A program made the translations under genes and the position numbers. Shown piece by piece: positions 1-9,700 of a stretch of 64,000 bases of DNA. Each line of letters opens with the position of its first letter. The stretch's first letter is position 1. Source of the stretch: an uncultured Clostridia bacterium (GTDB lineage Bacteria; Bacillota; Clostridia; Christensenellales; Borkfalkiaceae); assembly GCA_934272745.1 (NCBI GenBank), contig CAKQSI010000003.1, forward strand, positions 21,420 to 85,419. The letters are read 5' to 3'. The notes beneath the pieces were generated by a model. The model was not told the origin of the DNA, did not search any database, and saw only the letters and a list, made by a program, of their open reading frames with translations.

Positions 1-2587
1 GTACCGCGTCAACGAAATAAGCGTACAGAACGACGTCGTTGTTTGCTTCCGACCAGGGAGCGACCGACTTGCCGTCGGCGTCCGCGTACAGGATACCGCC
101 GCCGTAGGGAGCGGTAAACCAGCCGCCGAATACCTGCGTGGGATCGGAAGATGCGGGAACGGTCAGTTCGTAATCTTTACCGAAATAGATATTATCGGAG
201 GTTTCGGTAGCGCCGTTCACGTTATAAGTCAAAGTGTAGGCGTTGGAAGCGTAGTAAGCGTAAAGGGTCAGATCGCCCGCGTCCGTAAACGCTTCGTCCG
301 TATATTTCGCACCGTTGGACTCGGGGCCTTTCGGCGCGTTGTACCAGGCAAGGAAAGTATAGCCGAGTTTTTCGGGGACGGGAAGAACCATCGGATCGCC
401 CGCCGCCTTGTACAGGTTGGCGGTTTCGCTGCCGCCGCGGCTGTCCAGCAGCACTTCGTGCGCGTAGACCGAAGTTTCCGCCCATTCGGAAGTGAATTTG
501 CCGTCCGTAAAGCGCACGGAGATCTTGTTGTCGCCCGCGACTTTCAGACTGTCGATCGCAAAGAAGTTTTCGCCGCTTTCCACGGTGCCGACCACTTCGC
601 CTTCGATCATGATTTCGTATTTCACCGCGCCGAGGACGGCTTTCCAGGAAAGCACGCCGTCTTTATAGGTCAGTTCGCCGTCCAGCGCGCCGTAACGGAA
701 CACGGTCGCGTATTCCACGCTGTTTTCGCCCGAAAGGACGGTCAGGGTCACGACGTAGTCTTCCGCGTCGGCAAATTCCGCCTTGCCGGCAAGATCGACC
801 GCGGTTTCGTCCGCGCCCAGTTCGATTTTCTGTCCCGCAACGGTCAGAACGTATCCGGTAGCGCCTTCCACCTTGTCAAAGGAAAGGGTGGTGCCCACAA
901 GTCTTACGTTTGCGGGAAGGGCGGGAGTGGTTTTTTCGTAAACGACTTCGGTCGCCGCCGGGGAAACGTAACCTTTGGTCACGGGTGTGACGGAAAGTGT
1001 CAGGCTGCCTGCGGCAAACGTCTTTAACGAAAGGCTGTTTTCCGAAACGCGGAAGGTCTTTTCGCCCGCGGTAACGAGGTAGTAACCGGCGTTTTCCACT
1101 GCCGTCCAGGTCAGTTCGTCGTCCTTGACGGTGACTGCGGAAACGGCGTCCAGCGTTCTTTCAAACGTATAGGAAACGGTGGAAGAAGCGTAGCCCTTCG
1201 CGGCGGCGGTCACGGTAAATCTGATGCCGCCTTTCTTCATTTCGCAGTTGGCGAAGTTGAAGTATAGCGAGGAACCGTTGTCCACTTTCGTGTGGTTGTG
1301 GTTCGGATCGCCGCATTCCACGGTAATATAATATTTTTCCGCGTTTTCTACGCTTTCATAGACGAGGGTGGAGGGTTCTGCGACTTTCAGTCCGGAAACG
1401 CGCGCCAGCGCCTTGTTTACGAAGTAACGGACGGCGGTTTCGGAAACGGCGTTGCCGCCCGCGTCCACCGCGGTGACTTCCGCTATGTAAGCGCCCGCCT
1501 TGTCAAAGGTAACGGGAAATACCGTGCTTGCCGTTCTCTGATTGTCAACGACGACGTTGCCGTCGGGATCGGTCACTTTCACAAGGTAGCCTGCGCTGCC
1601 CTTGGAATTCCAACTCAGAAGCGTGGAGGAAACGCTGAGTGCGGGCGCGGCGTTCGTGTCGTTTTCCGCAGCCCATACGGCAAACAGCGTGGTGTCTGCG
1701 TCGAAGGTCGTGCCGGCTTCTCTTGCGGAGGGTTCGACGTAGGCGTAGGAAAGACGATCGGCTGCGTTTTCGGTGCTGACGAACCAGCCGACGAAGTCGT
1801 AACCCGCGCGGGTAACTTCGGGCGCGTCGTACAACTTTCCGCCGATGGTGGTCATCGCCGCAGGCGCTTCGCCGTCAAAGCCGAGGTCGAACGAGATCTC
1901 GTATTCGCGCGCGTTCGCCGGTTTTTCCGCCCAGCGGGCAAACAAAGTCAGGTTTCCGGAAACGACTTCCGCGTCAAACGCGTAGGGCGCCGTCAGCGCT
2001 TCGTCTTTGTACCAGCCGAGGAACGCATACCCCGCTTTTTCGGGATCGGCGGGTTTTGCCGCGCTCTTGCCCGAAAGAACGGTCGTTGCGGCAACGTCGC
2101 TGCCGCCGTTCGCGTTAAAGGTCAGGGTGAAGTATTCTTTCTTGAGAAAACGCAGTTCCGCGCCGCTTAAGTTCAGCGTGACGGAACCTGCTTTCCAACT
2201 GCCGGTATAGGCGGTTTTGCCGCTTAAGGTCAAAGCGCCGTCGTCCGACAGGGTGTAGGTGCCGGCTTCCGCTTCGTCTTTCATGGTCAGCGTAAAGCGC
2301 AGTCCCGAAGTAAAGGAAAGCAGATATTCTTCTCCGTTTTCCGCGGCGTAGTAATAAACGCCGGCTTCGGCACCCGTTTCTCCGGTGGGGAGGGTCGTGG
2401 GTTGCGTGGTGGACGTGCTCGGCGCGGGCGTTCCCGTTACCGTAGAAGATACGGAAGCGGAAGGCGCCGGCGAGGGCGTCGGGTCGTTCTTGTTTCCGCA
2501 CGCGGCAAGCGCGAAAGCCATGGATAGGCTCAGCACCAGCGTGAGCAGAAGAAGACCGACCTTTTTGTTGGTTTTCAGTTCTCTCAT
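1..2587 (-). CDS. Cell-surface lipoprotein with Listeria-Bacteroides (Flg_new / InlB B-type) repeats and FN3-like modules; 3' end lies beyond the window start
   Basis: Not in the ORF track because the frame is open to the window edge. Minus-strand ATG at 2587 with AAGGAGG about 10 nt upstream. My translation begins MRELKTNKKVGLLLLTLVLSLSMAFALAACGN (signal peptide plus LAAC lipobox). Repeated units follow: FNANGG...GYAFLGWY...LFARW, GYDFVGWF, GYTFLAWY, FGGWF. There are also LSWxxxGAxGY-type FN3-like signatures. Confidence 0.8.
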   Translation of the reverse strand, partial: MRELKTNKKVGLLLLTLVLSLSMAFALAACGNKNDPTPSPAPSASVSSTVTGTPAPSTSTTQPTTLPTGETGAEAGVYYYAAENGEEYLLSFTSGLRFTLTMKDEAEAGTYTLSDDGALTLSGKTAYTGSWKAGSVTLNLSGAELRFLKKEYFTLTFNANGGSDVAATTVLSGKSAAKPADPEKAGYAFLGWYKDEALTAPYAFDAEVVSGNLTLFARWAEKPANAREYEISFDLGFDGEAPAAMTTIGGKLYDAPEVTRAGYDFVGWFVSTENAADRLSYAYVEPSAREAGTTFDADTTLFAVWAAENDTNAAPALSVSSTLLSWNSKGSAGYLVKVTDPDGNVVVDNQRTASTVFPVTFDKAGAYIAEVTAVDAGGNAVSETAVRYFVNKALARVSGLKVAEPSTLVYESVENAEKYYITVECGDPNHNHTKVDNGSSLYFNFANCEMKKGGIRFTVTAAAKGYASSTVSYTFERTLDAVSAVTVKDDELTWTAVENAGYYLVTAGEKTFRVSENSLSLKTFAAGSLTLSVTPVTKGYVSPAATEVVYEKTTPALPANVRLVGTTLSFDKVEGATGYVLTVAGQKIELGADETAVDLAGKAEFADAEDYVVTLTVLSGENSVEYATVFRYGALDGELTYKDGVLSWKAVLGAVKYEIMIEGEVVGTVESGENFFAIDSLKVAGDNKISVRFTDGKFTSEWAETSVYAHEVLLDSRGGSETANLYKAAGDPMVLPVPEKLGYTFLAWYNAPKGPESNGAKYTDEAFTDAGDLTLYAYYASNAYTLTYNVNGATETSDNIYFGKDYELTVPASSDPTQVFGGWFTAPYGGGILYADADGKSVAPWSEANNDVVLYAYFVDAV

Positions 2588-2894
2588 TTGTTTTCAGACC
2601 TCCTTTTTCTGAAAAGTATATAACGTTTGCCGTGGGCGATCGCTCGCCCGGATAGCCTTGGGTGGAATGGGTTTCGGGCGGTTGAACGTCCGCTCGTGCG
2701 GTCGGGTTTCGGGTTTTATTGCCTGTCTTTGGCGCGGTTTGGCGCGCTGTGCCTTTTTACTTGCGCCGCCCGGTATTTGCTTCGGGTCGTGCGCCGGCTT
2801 GGCACGGTGCTATTCCGTAGCCTCGACCGGTTTCGCTTGGAATTCCTAGCGGAAACAAAATCGTTTCTCCGCACGTTCCGGTGTGATTGACTGT

Positions 2895-3024
2895 TGCGTG
2901 GCGTACCGCTTGCGTTTCGTTGCGCACCGCACCGCCTGCGTTTCGTTGTGCGGCGCACCGCCTGCGTTTCGTTGTGTAGCGCACCGCCTGCGTTTCGTTG
3001 CGTGGCGCACCGCTTGCGTTTCGT
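2895..3024. repeat. Tandem repeat, 5 x 26 bp
   Basis: Units TG(C/T)G..GCGCACCGC(C/T)TGCGTTTCGT start at 2895, 2921, 2947, 2973 and 2999. Confidence 0.95.
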
Positions 3025-3774
3025 TTTCCCGCGCGCGCCCGATAAAAAAGAAGAAGCGGAAGAACCCGCCTTATTTTTTCTTTGCGGACTCTTTCGCTTT
3101 GCACGATGGTCTTATTTCCGGAGAGTTCGCGCCCGTGATTCTGCGTTTCCGTGTTCGTCCGGGCGCGTCCGCCTGATGCCGGCGCGACGGTGCCCGTCCG
3201 AAAGACCGAGGTCAAAAGTCTGATGCGGTTCCGAATTCTCTCAATTGTTTCTTCTTTATGCAATAAACCGATTGCGCCCTGCTGCTCGGGTGCCGCGGGG
3301 CGGACTTTCGCCGGTTCTCGTCCGGCGCGTTTCCGGTGCCGATTTAAGATCTGCCGGAAAGGGAACGGTTCATTACGCTGGACATTATACACCTTTTCAT
3401 AAAATGCTGTCAAGAAAATCGCACGCCAAATTATGTAAATTATGCAAATTTACGGCAAAATTTTTTGCCGAAAAAGGTCGAAAACCGTGGTTTTTTTATC
3501 TGCTATAAGCAGAAATTATACCCGGATAAGTAACGATAAAACCCCGCCGAAACGGGGGTCTGTTTAAAAACCGACTGTGTCTTGACGTGGTTTTCTTTGC
3601 ATTTCGCTTTTTTTCTCTATCAACTTCCCCGAAAATCCGCAAAATTCCGCCTTCGGAAAAGACGTAAAGAATATTTATGCGCGATTTATGAATAAATGTG
3701 CAACATTATGCAATTCGTGCGGATCAAAAAGGGAGAGAAAAAGCGACATATTTTTTCGCAAAAAGGCGTATGAG

Positions 3775-3803
3775 TTGACAAACGGCGGCGAAGTTGCTAT
3801 GAT
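3775..3803 (+). promoter_or_regulatory. Sigma-A-type promoter upstream of the E1 fusion gene
   Basis: TTGACA (3775-3780), 17-nt spacer, TATGAT (3798-3803); about 90 nt upstream of ATG 3897. Confidence 0.55.
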
Positions 3804-3896
3804 GAAACAAAACACTGCCGCTTTTTACGCTTTTGCAGGCGGCAACGACGGACGCCGCATTTTTGCGGTGCTTTTACGCGCCAAAAGGAGAATTTC

Positions 3897-6419
3897 ATGC
3901 CGAAAAGTCAGTTTCTCGACCCCGGAGTGCTGCTTTCCAAGGGGAAAATCGAATTTCCCGCAATGGATTGCAACGCTTATTCCGCCACGCCGGAAGAGGA
4001 GAAAAAAACGTACGATAAGTCCGATTTTGCGGAGATGTACCGCCAGATGCGCACCATTCGCGCCTTCGAGCGGGCGCTGGACGAATTGAAAAAAACGGGG
4101 ACGGCGCAGTTCACCCTGCACGGCGCCCCGAAAAAGGTGCATTACCGTTACGAAGGGCCTCTGCACCTTTGCGTGGGGCAGGAAGCGACGGCGGTCGGCG
4201 CCAACTTTCTTCTGACCAAGGACGATTTTTTGCTGGGAACGCACAGAAATCACGGCGAAGTCATCGCCAAGGGTTGTACCGCGATCTACCGGGCGGACGG
4301 CGAAGAACTTGCGGCTGCGGTCGCCGCTTGTCCGAACGAGTTGACGCTTCCCGCGGCGGAAAAAATTCCCGGCTACGCCGCGCGGGGGAAAAAGGAGCAG
4401 GCGCGCCTGTTTTACCTTTACGGACTGTTCGCCGAAATTTTCGGAAAAGAAACGGGATTTCAGCGCGGATTTTCGGGTTCGATGCACGTTTTTTACACAC
4501 CGTTCGGCGTTTTTCCGAACAACGCCATCGTCGGCGCGGGGGCGGGAATAGCGGCGGGACTGGCGCTTTCCAAAAAACTGAAAAAGCAAAGCAGCGTGGT
4601 TTCGGTCAGCCTTGGCGACGCGGCGCTGGGCTGCGGCGCGGTGTGGGAAGCCATGAATTTTTCCGCCATGGACCAACTCAAAAAACTTTGGGAAAGCTGC
4701 CCGGGCGGATTCCCTCTGGCGTTTACTTTCGTCAATAACCAGTACGGCATGGGCGGGCAGACCGTGGGCGAAACCATGGCTTACGGCGCTTTGGTGCGGG
4801 CGGCTGCGGGCGTCAATCCCGAAGCGATGCACGCCGAACGCGTCAACGGGTACGACCCGCTTGCCGTTGCCGACGTTTATCGCCGCAAACTTCCGCTTTT
4901 AAAACGGGGGGACGGTCCCGTGTTTTTAGACCTTGTGACCTACCGTTACAGCGAACATTCCGCGTCCGACAGCGGCAGTTACCGCACCGCGGAAGAACTT
5001 TCCGCCTGGGAAAAAGCCGACCCCGTGGCGGCGTTTGCCGAAAAGTTGAAAGCCTTCGGCTTTTCGGTAAAGGAAATTGAAAAAATCGAACGAAACGCCG
5101 AAGAAGAGGTGTTTCTTGCCCTTTCCGCCGCGGCGGACGGCGCCCTTTCCAGACAGAGGAGCGAGGAGGAGGAGCGGACGCTTTTGTACCGGATTTTGGC
5201 GGACGTATCGCAAAATCGGGAACATTCTGCTGAAAACGACGATCAAAAAACGGCGCAGAATGAGGAGGCCGGCGCGCAAAAAACGGCGCCGCAAAGCGGA
5301 AACGATCTTAAGGGCGATCCCGCAAAAACGCAAAGCGGAAACGCTCCCCAAAAAGTGCGCGCCCCCATGCCGGTAAAACCGTATGCGGAAAATTCCCGCG
5401 TGAAAAAGATCGCGGCGCAAGGCACCCGGCAGATCACCCTTTCGGACGGTGTTTTCGAAGCCGTTCTGCAAAAAGCCTATCTCGATCCCTCGCTCATTTT
5501 ATACGGGGAGGAAAACCGCGACTGGGGCAACGTTTCGGGCGTGTATATGGGACTAACCGAAGCCCTCCCGTACGAGCGTTTATTCAACGCTCCCATTTCG
5601 GAAAGCGCCATCGTTTCCACCGCCGTGGGGTACGCCATGGGCGGCGGCAGAGCGCTGGTCGAAATTATGTTTATGGACTTCGCCTGCCGCGCCGCGGACG
5701 AAATTATCAATCAACTTGCCAAATGGCGGGCGCTTTCGGGCGGGGAATTTGCCCTGCCGGTGACTATTCGCACGGCGATCGGTTCCACCTACGGCGCGCA
5801 GCACGCGCAGGACCTTTCCGCACTGTTCTGCCATATTCCGGGACTGGTCGTGGTCTATCCCGCGACGGCGTACGACGCCAAAGGACTTTTGACCGAGGCG
5901 CTTTCGGTGAATCAGCCCGTGCTGTTTTTAGAAAGCCAGAAATTGTACGCTTCCCGCTTCGGGAAAGCGGTACCGGAGGGGGAAGTGCGCGTTTCGTTCG
6001 GCAAAGCCGCTTTGGTAAAAGCGGGGACGGACGTCACGCTGCTTTCGGTGGGCAGTACGTTGCCGCGCGCGGCGGAAGCGGTCGAAATCGCCGAAAAAGC
6101 CGGCGTTTCCGTGGAACTTATCGACGCCAGAAGTCTGGTGCCGTTCGACTACGAAACGCTGAATCGCAGCGTAAGAAAGACGGGCAGACTGGTGCTGACT
6201 TCGGACGAAGTCTGCCGCGGTTCGTTTTTGAAAGAGGTTGCGGCGACCGTGACCGAAGCCTGCTTTGACGACCTGAAAGCGCCGCCCGTATTTGCCGCGG
6301 CGGAAGATATCATCGTACCGCTTGCGGGGGCGACCGGGGCGTTTTACCCCTCGGCGGAAAAAATCGCGGGGCGGATCCTTGCGATTATAAAGCCCTGCGG
6401 AAAAACGGATTTGCACTGA
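3897..6419 (+). CDS. Fused E1 alpha-beta component of a thiamine-diphosphate-dependent 2-oxoacid (pyruvate/acetoin/branched-chain type) dehydrogenase
   Basis: AAGGAG RBS just upstream of the ATG. The N-terminal half has E1-alpha motifs (HLCVGQEA, GTHRNHG, GFSGSMHVF, SLGDAALGCGAVWEAMNFSA, FVNNQYGMGG). The C-terminal half has E1-beta / transketolase-like motifs (FNAPISESAIVSTAVGYAMGG, FMDFACRAADEIINQ, GAQHAQDL, VVVYPATAYDAKGLL). A low-complexity linker joins them. Confidence 0.85.
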   Translation: MPKSQFLDPGVLLSKGKIEFPAMDCNAYSATPEEEKKTYDKSDFAEMYRQMRTIRAFERALDELKKTGTAQFTLHGAPKKVHYRYEGPLHLCVGQEATAVGANFLLTKDDFLLGTHRNHGEVIAKGCTAIYRADGEELAAAVAACPNELTLPAAEKIPGYAARGKKEQARLFYLYGLFAEIFGKETGFQRGFSGSMHVFYTPFGVFPNNAIVGAGAGIAAGLALSKKLKKQSSVVSVSLGDAALGCGAVWEAMNFSAMDQLKKLWESCPGGFPLAFTFVNNQYGMGGQTVGETMAYGALVRAAAGVNPEAMHAERVNGYDPLAVADVYRRKLPLLKRGDGPVFLDLVTYRYSEHSASDSGSYRTAEELSAWEKADPVAAFAEKLKAFGFSVKEIEKIERNAEEEVFLALSAAADGALSRQRSEEEERTLLYRILADVSQNREHSAENDDQKTAQNEEAGAQKTAPQSGNDLKGDPAKTQSGNAPQKVRAPMPVKPYAENSRVKKIAAQGTRQITLSDGVFEAVLQKAYLDPSLILYGEENRDWGNVSGVYMGLTEALPYERLFNAPISESAIVSTAVGYAMGGGRALVEIMFMDFACRAADEIINQLAKWRALSGGEFALPVTIRTAIGSTYGAQHAQDLSALFCHIPGLVVVYPATAYDAKGLLTEALSVNQPVLFLESQKLYASRFGKAVPEGEVRVSFGKAALVKAGTDVTLLSVGSTLPRAAEAVEIAEKAGVSVELIDARSLVPFDYETLNRSVRKTGRLVLTSDEVCRGSFLKEVAATVTEACFDDLKAPPVFAAAEDIIVPLAGATGAFYPSAEKIAGRILAIIKPCGKTDLH

Positions 6420-6434
6420 CAGCCCGAAAACGCC

Positions 6435-6463
6435 TTGACAAAGAGGAACGGCTGTGTTATCAT
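6435..6463 (+). promoter_or_regulatory. Sigma-A-type promoter upstream of the repeat-protein gene
   Basis: TTGACA (6435-6440), 17-nt spacer, TATCAT (6458-6463). It leaves a leader of about 270 nt before ATG 6738. Confidence 0.55.
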
Positions 6464-6638
6464 TTTATTGATTTTGTTAAATATATTGTCACTGCGCGCG
6501 CGAGCGAAAGGTTCCGCCTATCGGAAAGTCCGGTAAAAGGCGGTACGCCTGCGGAAACGTTTTCGGAGGGAATTCCCTTGCCGGGAACGCCGCAAAGCGG
6601 AACTTTGCCGGAAGAAATCTTTCGGCAAAACCGGAGGA

Positions 6639-6710
6639 CCCTTTGTAAAACGAGGAATTCCGGCAACGCCGGGCAAACCCTTTAAAAGGCAGGTTCCGGC
6701 AACGCCGCCG
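6639..6710. repeat. Tandem repeat, 2 x about 36 bp, in the leader of the repeat-protein gene
   Basis: CCCTTT..AAAA..AGG..TTCCGGCAACGCCG occurs twice (TTCCGGCAACGCCG at 6658 and 6694). Confidence 0.85.
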
Positions 6711-6737
6711 CGACAGGGACGGAAGGAGAAGTGAAAA

Positions 6738-9700
6738 ATGGCAAATCGGAGAAGGGGGCTGCTCGGCGGTCTGGTATGTTTCGTGCTGGGCGCGGTAATC
6801 GGCGTCTGTGCGCTTGCGGGCGTACTGGTCTGGGTTGTCAAACTCGGGACGATCAATAAGGTTACTAACCGGGAGATTGTCGGTTCGACCGAAGTGGACG
6901 GCGAAACCGTCGACCTGAAAGAGATGACGGTTTGGGATATTATCACCAAAGCGTCGTCGCTCGGGGATACCTCTAAAAAAATGACGCTGAAAAACGTGGA
7001 AGAGCTGCTTCCCGCGCTCAATCTTACCGACATGCTGCCGGCGGAGATGTTAAACGAGGATAAAACCGCGCTTTCTGTCCGCTACAACGGGACGGAAATT
7101 CTGACCGTTTCGCTGGACGAATTGTATTCGCAGCAGTTTTCTTCCATCGCGAAATACGTCGAAGCGACGGTCAAAAACAACCTGAAATTTTCCACGCTGA
7201 CCGCTGTGGGAATGAATCTCGACGCCTTCCCCTTCGTGCGCGGCTATGCAGGGAGCGACGCGGCAAATCCCGGTAAGGAAGTCCCCACCTATGTTTCGCT
7301 CGGCACGGGTACGATCGGGGAATACTATAAAAATCACCCCGCTTCGGTTTATTACGTAGCGGAAGACGGCGCCTATCACACGGCGACCGACGCGATGATT
7401 TCGCGGGCGGACGGCGATCAGACCGCGCTGTATTTTAAAGCCGTCGGGCTGGGCGATCTTCCCATTTTAGACGGCATCAACGCCATCGTCGCAACGCTGG
7501 ACGTCGATACGCTGACGCTTGACGCAATGAACGATAAATTCGGCTTGAATCTGACCGACGAAAAAGGGAACTATAAAAACGCCGTTCTTGCAAAGATCTC
7601 GGATATCCGCGTTTCGCATTTCGCGGACGAGATCGATAACGTGATGAACCGGCTGTATCTGTCCGACGTCCTCACCGGTCTTGAGGAAGACGACGTTTTA
7701 TATCCTCTGCAGTTCCTGCGCTATACCAAGGATACCGCGGCGGAATACAACGCCGCCCACGCGGACGAGATCTCTGCGGGATCGAAAAACGCGGTCCAGC
7801 CCGGCGACTTCGTCGAAGATGAAAACGGGGACAGAGTGCTGGCTTCCATCAACCAACTTTCGGGAAACATTTCTTATCTCAAAGTCAAAGACCTCATCAA
7901 TAACCCGGACGACAACGCGCTGATTGCCGCCCTCGGCGACTATACCGTGGACGACTTGCAGAACAAAGCCGATACCATCGTGGACGGATTGTACCTTTCC
8001 GACGTGATGAACATTTCGCAGGATAATATGATGGCGGCGTTTGAATATATGCGTTATACCGACCTGAAAAACGAAGACGGTACCCCCAAAGAAGGTTCCG
8101 CGCAGGCGTATAACGACGCGCACGCGGATAAAACCCCGGTCAAACCCGGCGACTATATTCTGGACGAAAACGGAAACAAAGTCAAGACCACCATCGGGAA
8201 ACTTTCCGAAATCATCGACTTTGCCAGAATCGAAGATATGATCAAAAACGAAAGCGACAACCGACTGGTTGCTGCCCTCGGCAAGCATACCTTAAAAGAA
8301 CTCCGCACCAACGGCGATACTATCGTCAACGGTATGGATATTTCCGACGTAATGAACATTACGGAAGACAGTATGATGTCGGCGTTTGAATACATGCGCT
8401 ATACCGACCTGAAAAACAAAGACGGTACCCCCAAAGAAGGCTCCGCGCAGGCGTATAACGACGCGCACGCGGCGGAGATCGCGGCGGGAACGAAAGCCGC
8501 AGTCAAACCCGGCGACTATGTTCTGGACGAAAAGGGCAACAAAGTCCGTACTACCGTGGGGAAACTTTCCGAAATTATAGACTACGTAAAGGTCAAAGAC
8601 CTCATCAAAAACGACAGCAACAATGAAATGGTGAGCGCGCTCGGCGAATACACCTTAAAGGAACTTCGCACGGACGCGGACGGCATTATGGACGATCTGG
8701 CGCTTTCGGACGTGATCGAAATCAAGCCCACCGATACCGCGCTTTCCGCCCTGCAATACCTGCGCTTCACCGAGAAGACAGCGGCGGATTATAATACCGA
8801 ACACGCGGCGGAGATCGCGGCGGGAACGGCTTTCGCAGTCAAAGCGGGCGATAAAATCCCCGTCTGGGAAAACGGCATGGTCAAAAAAGACGAAGAGGAC
8901 AATATTGTCTACACGCTGACCACCATCAAAACGTTGGGCGGAAACATCAACAACGTGCCGATGGGCGATCTTCTGGGTGTTACCGAGGGCAGCGAACCCA
9001 TTCTCCGCGCAATTTCGGGCGCGACCGTCAACACGCTGAACGATACGGTAAAGACCCTGACCCTTGCGGACGTGATGACCATCGACGAATCCAACGCGGC
9101 GCTGAACGCGCTGCAGTATCTGCGCTTCACCGAAAAAACAGCGGCGGAATATAATACCGAACACGCGGCGGAGATTGCGGCGGGAACGGCTTCCGCAGTC
9201 AAAGCGGGCGATAAAATCCCCGTCTGGGAAGACGGCAGGGTCAAAAAAGACGAAGAGGGCAATATCGTCTACACGCTGACCACCATCAAAACGCTGAGCG
9301 GAAACGTCAACAACGTGCCGATGGGCGACCTTTTGAATATTACGGACGACAGCGAACCGGTGCTGAAAGCCATTCGCTACGCCACGATCAAAACGCTGAA
9401 CGACACCGTGAAGGACCTGACCCTTTCGGACGTGATGACCATCGACGAGTCCAACGCGGCGATGAACGCCCTGCAGTATCTGCGCTTCACCGAAACCGCG
9501 GCGGCGGATTATAACGCCGAACACGCGGCGGAGATTGCGGCGGGAACGGCTTCCGCAGTAAAAGCGGGCGACAAAATCCCCGTATGGGAAGACGGCGTGA
9601 TCAAGACCGACGAAGCCGGCAATATCGTTTACCGCAAAGCAAAAGTGAACGAACTTGGGGGCAATATCAACAACGTAAAAATGGGCGACCTGTTGAACGT

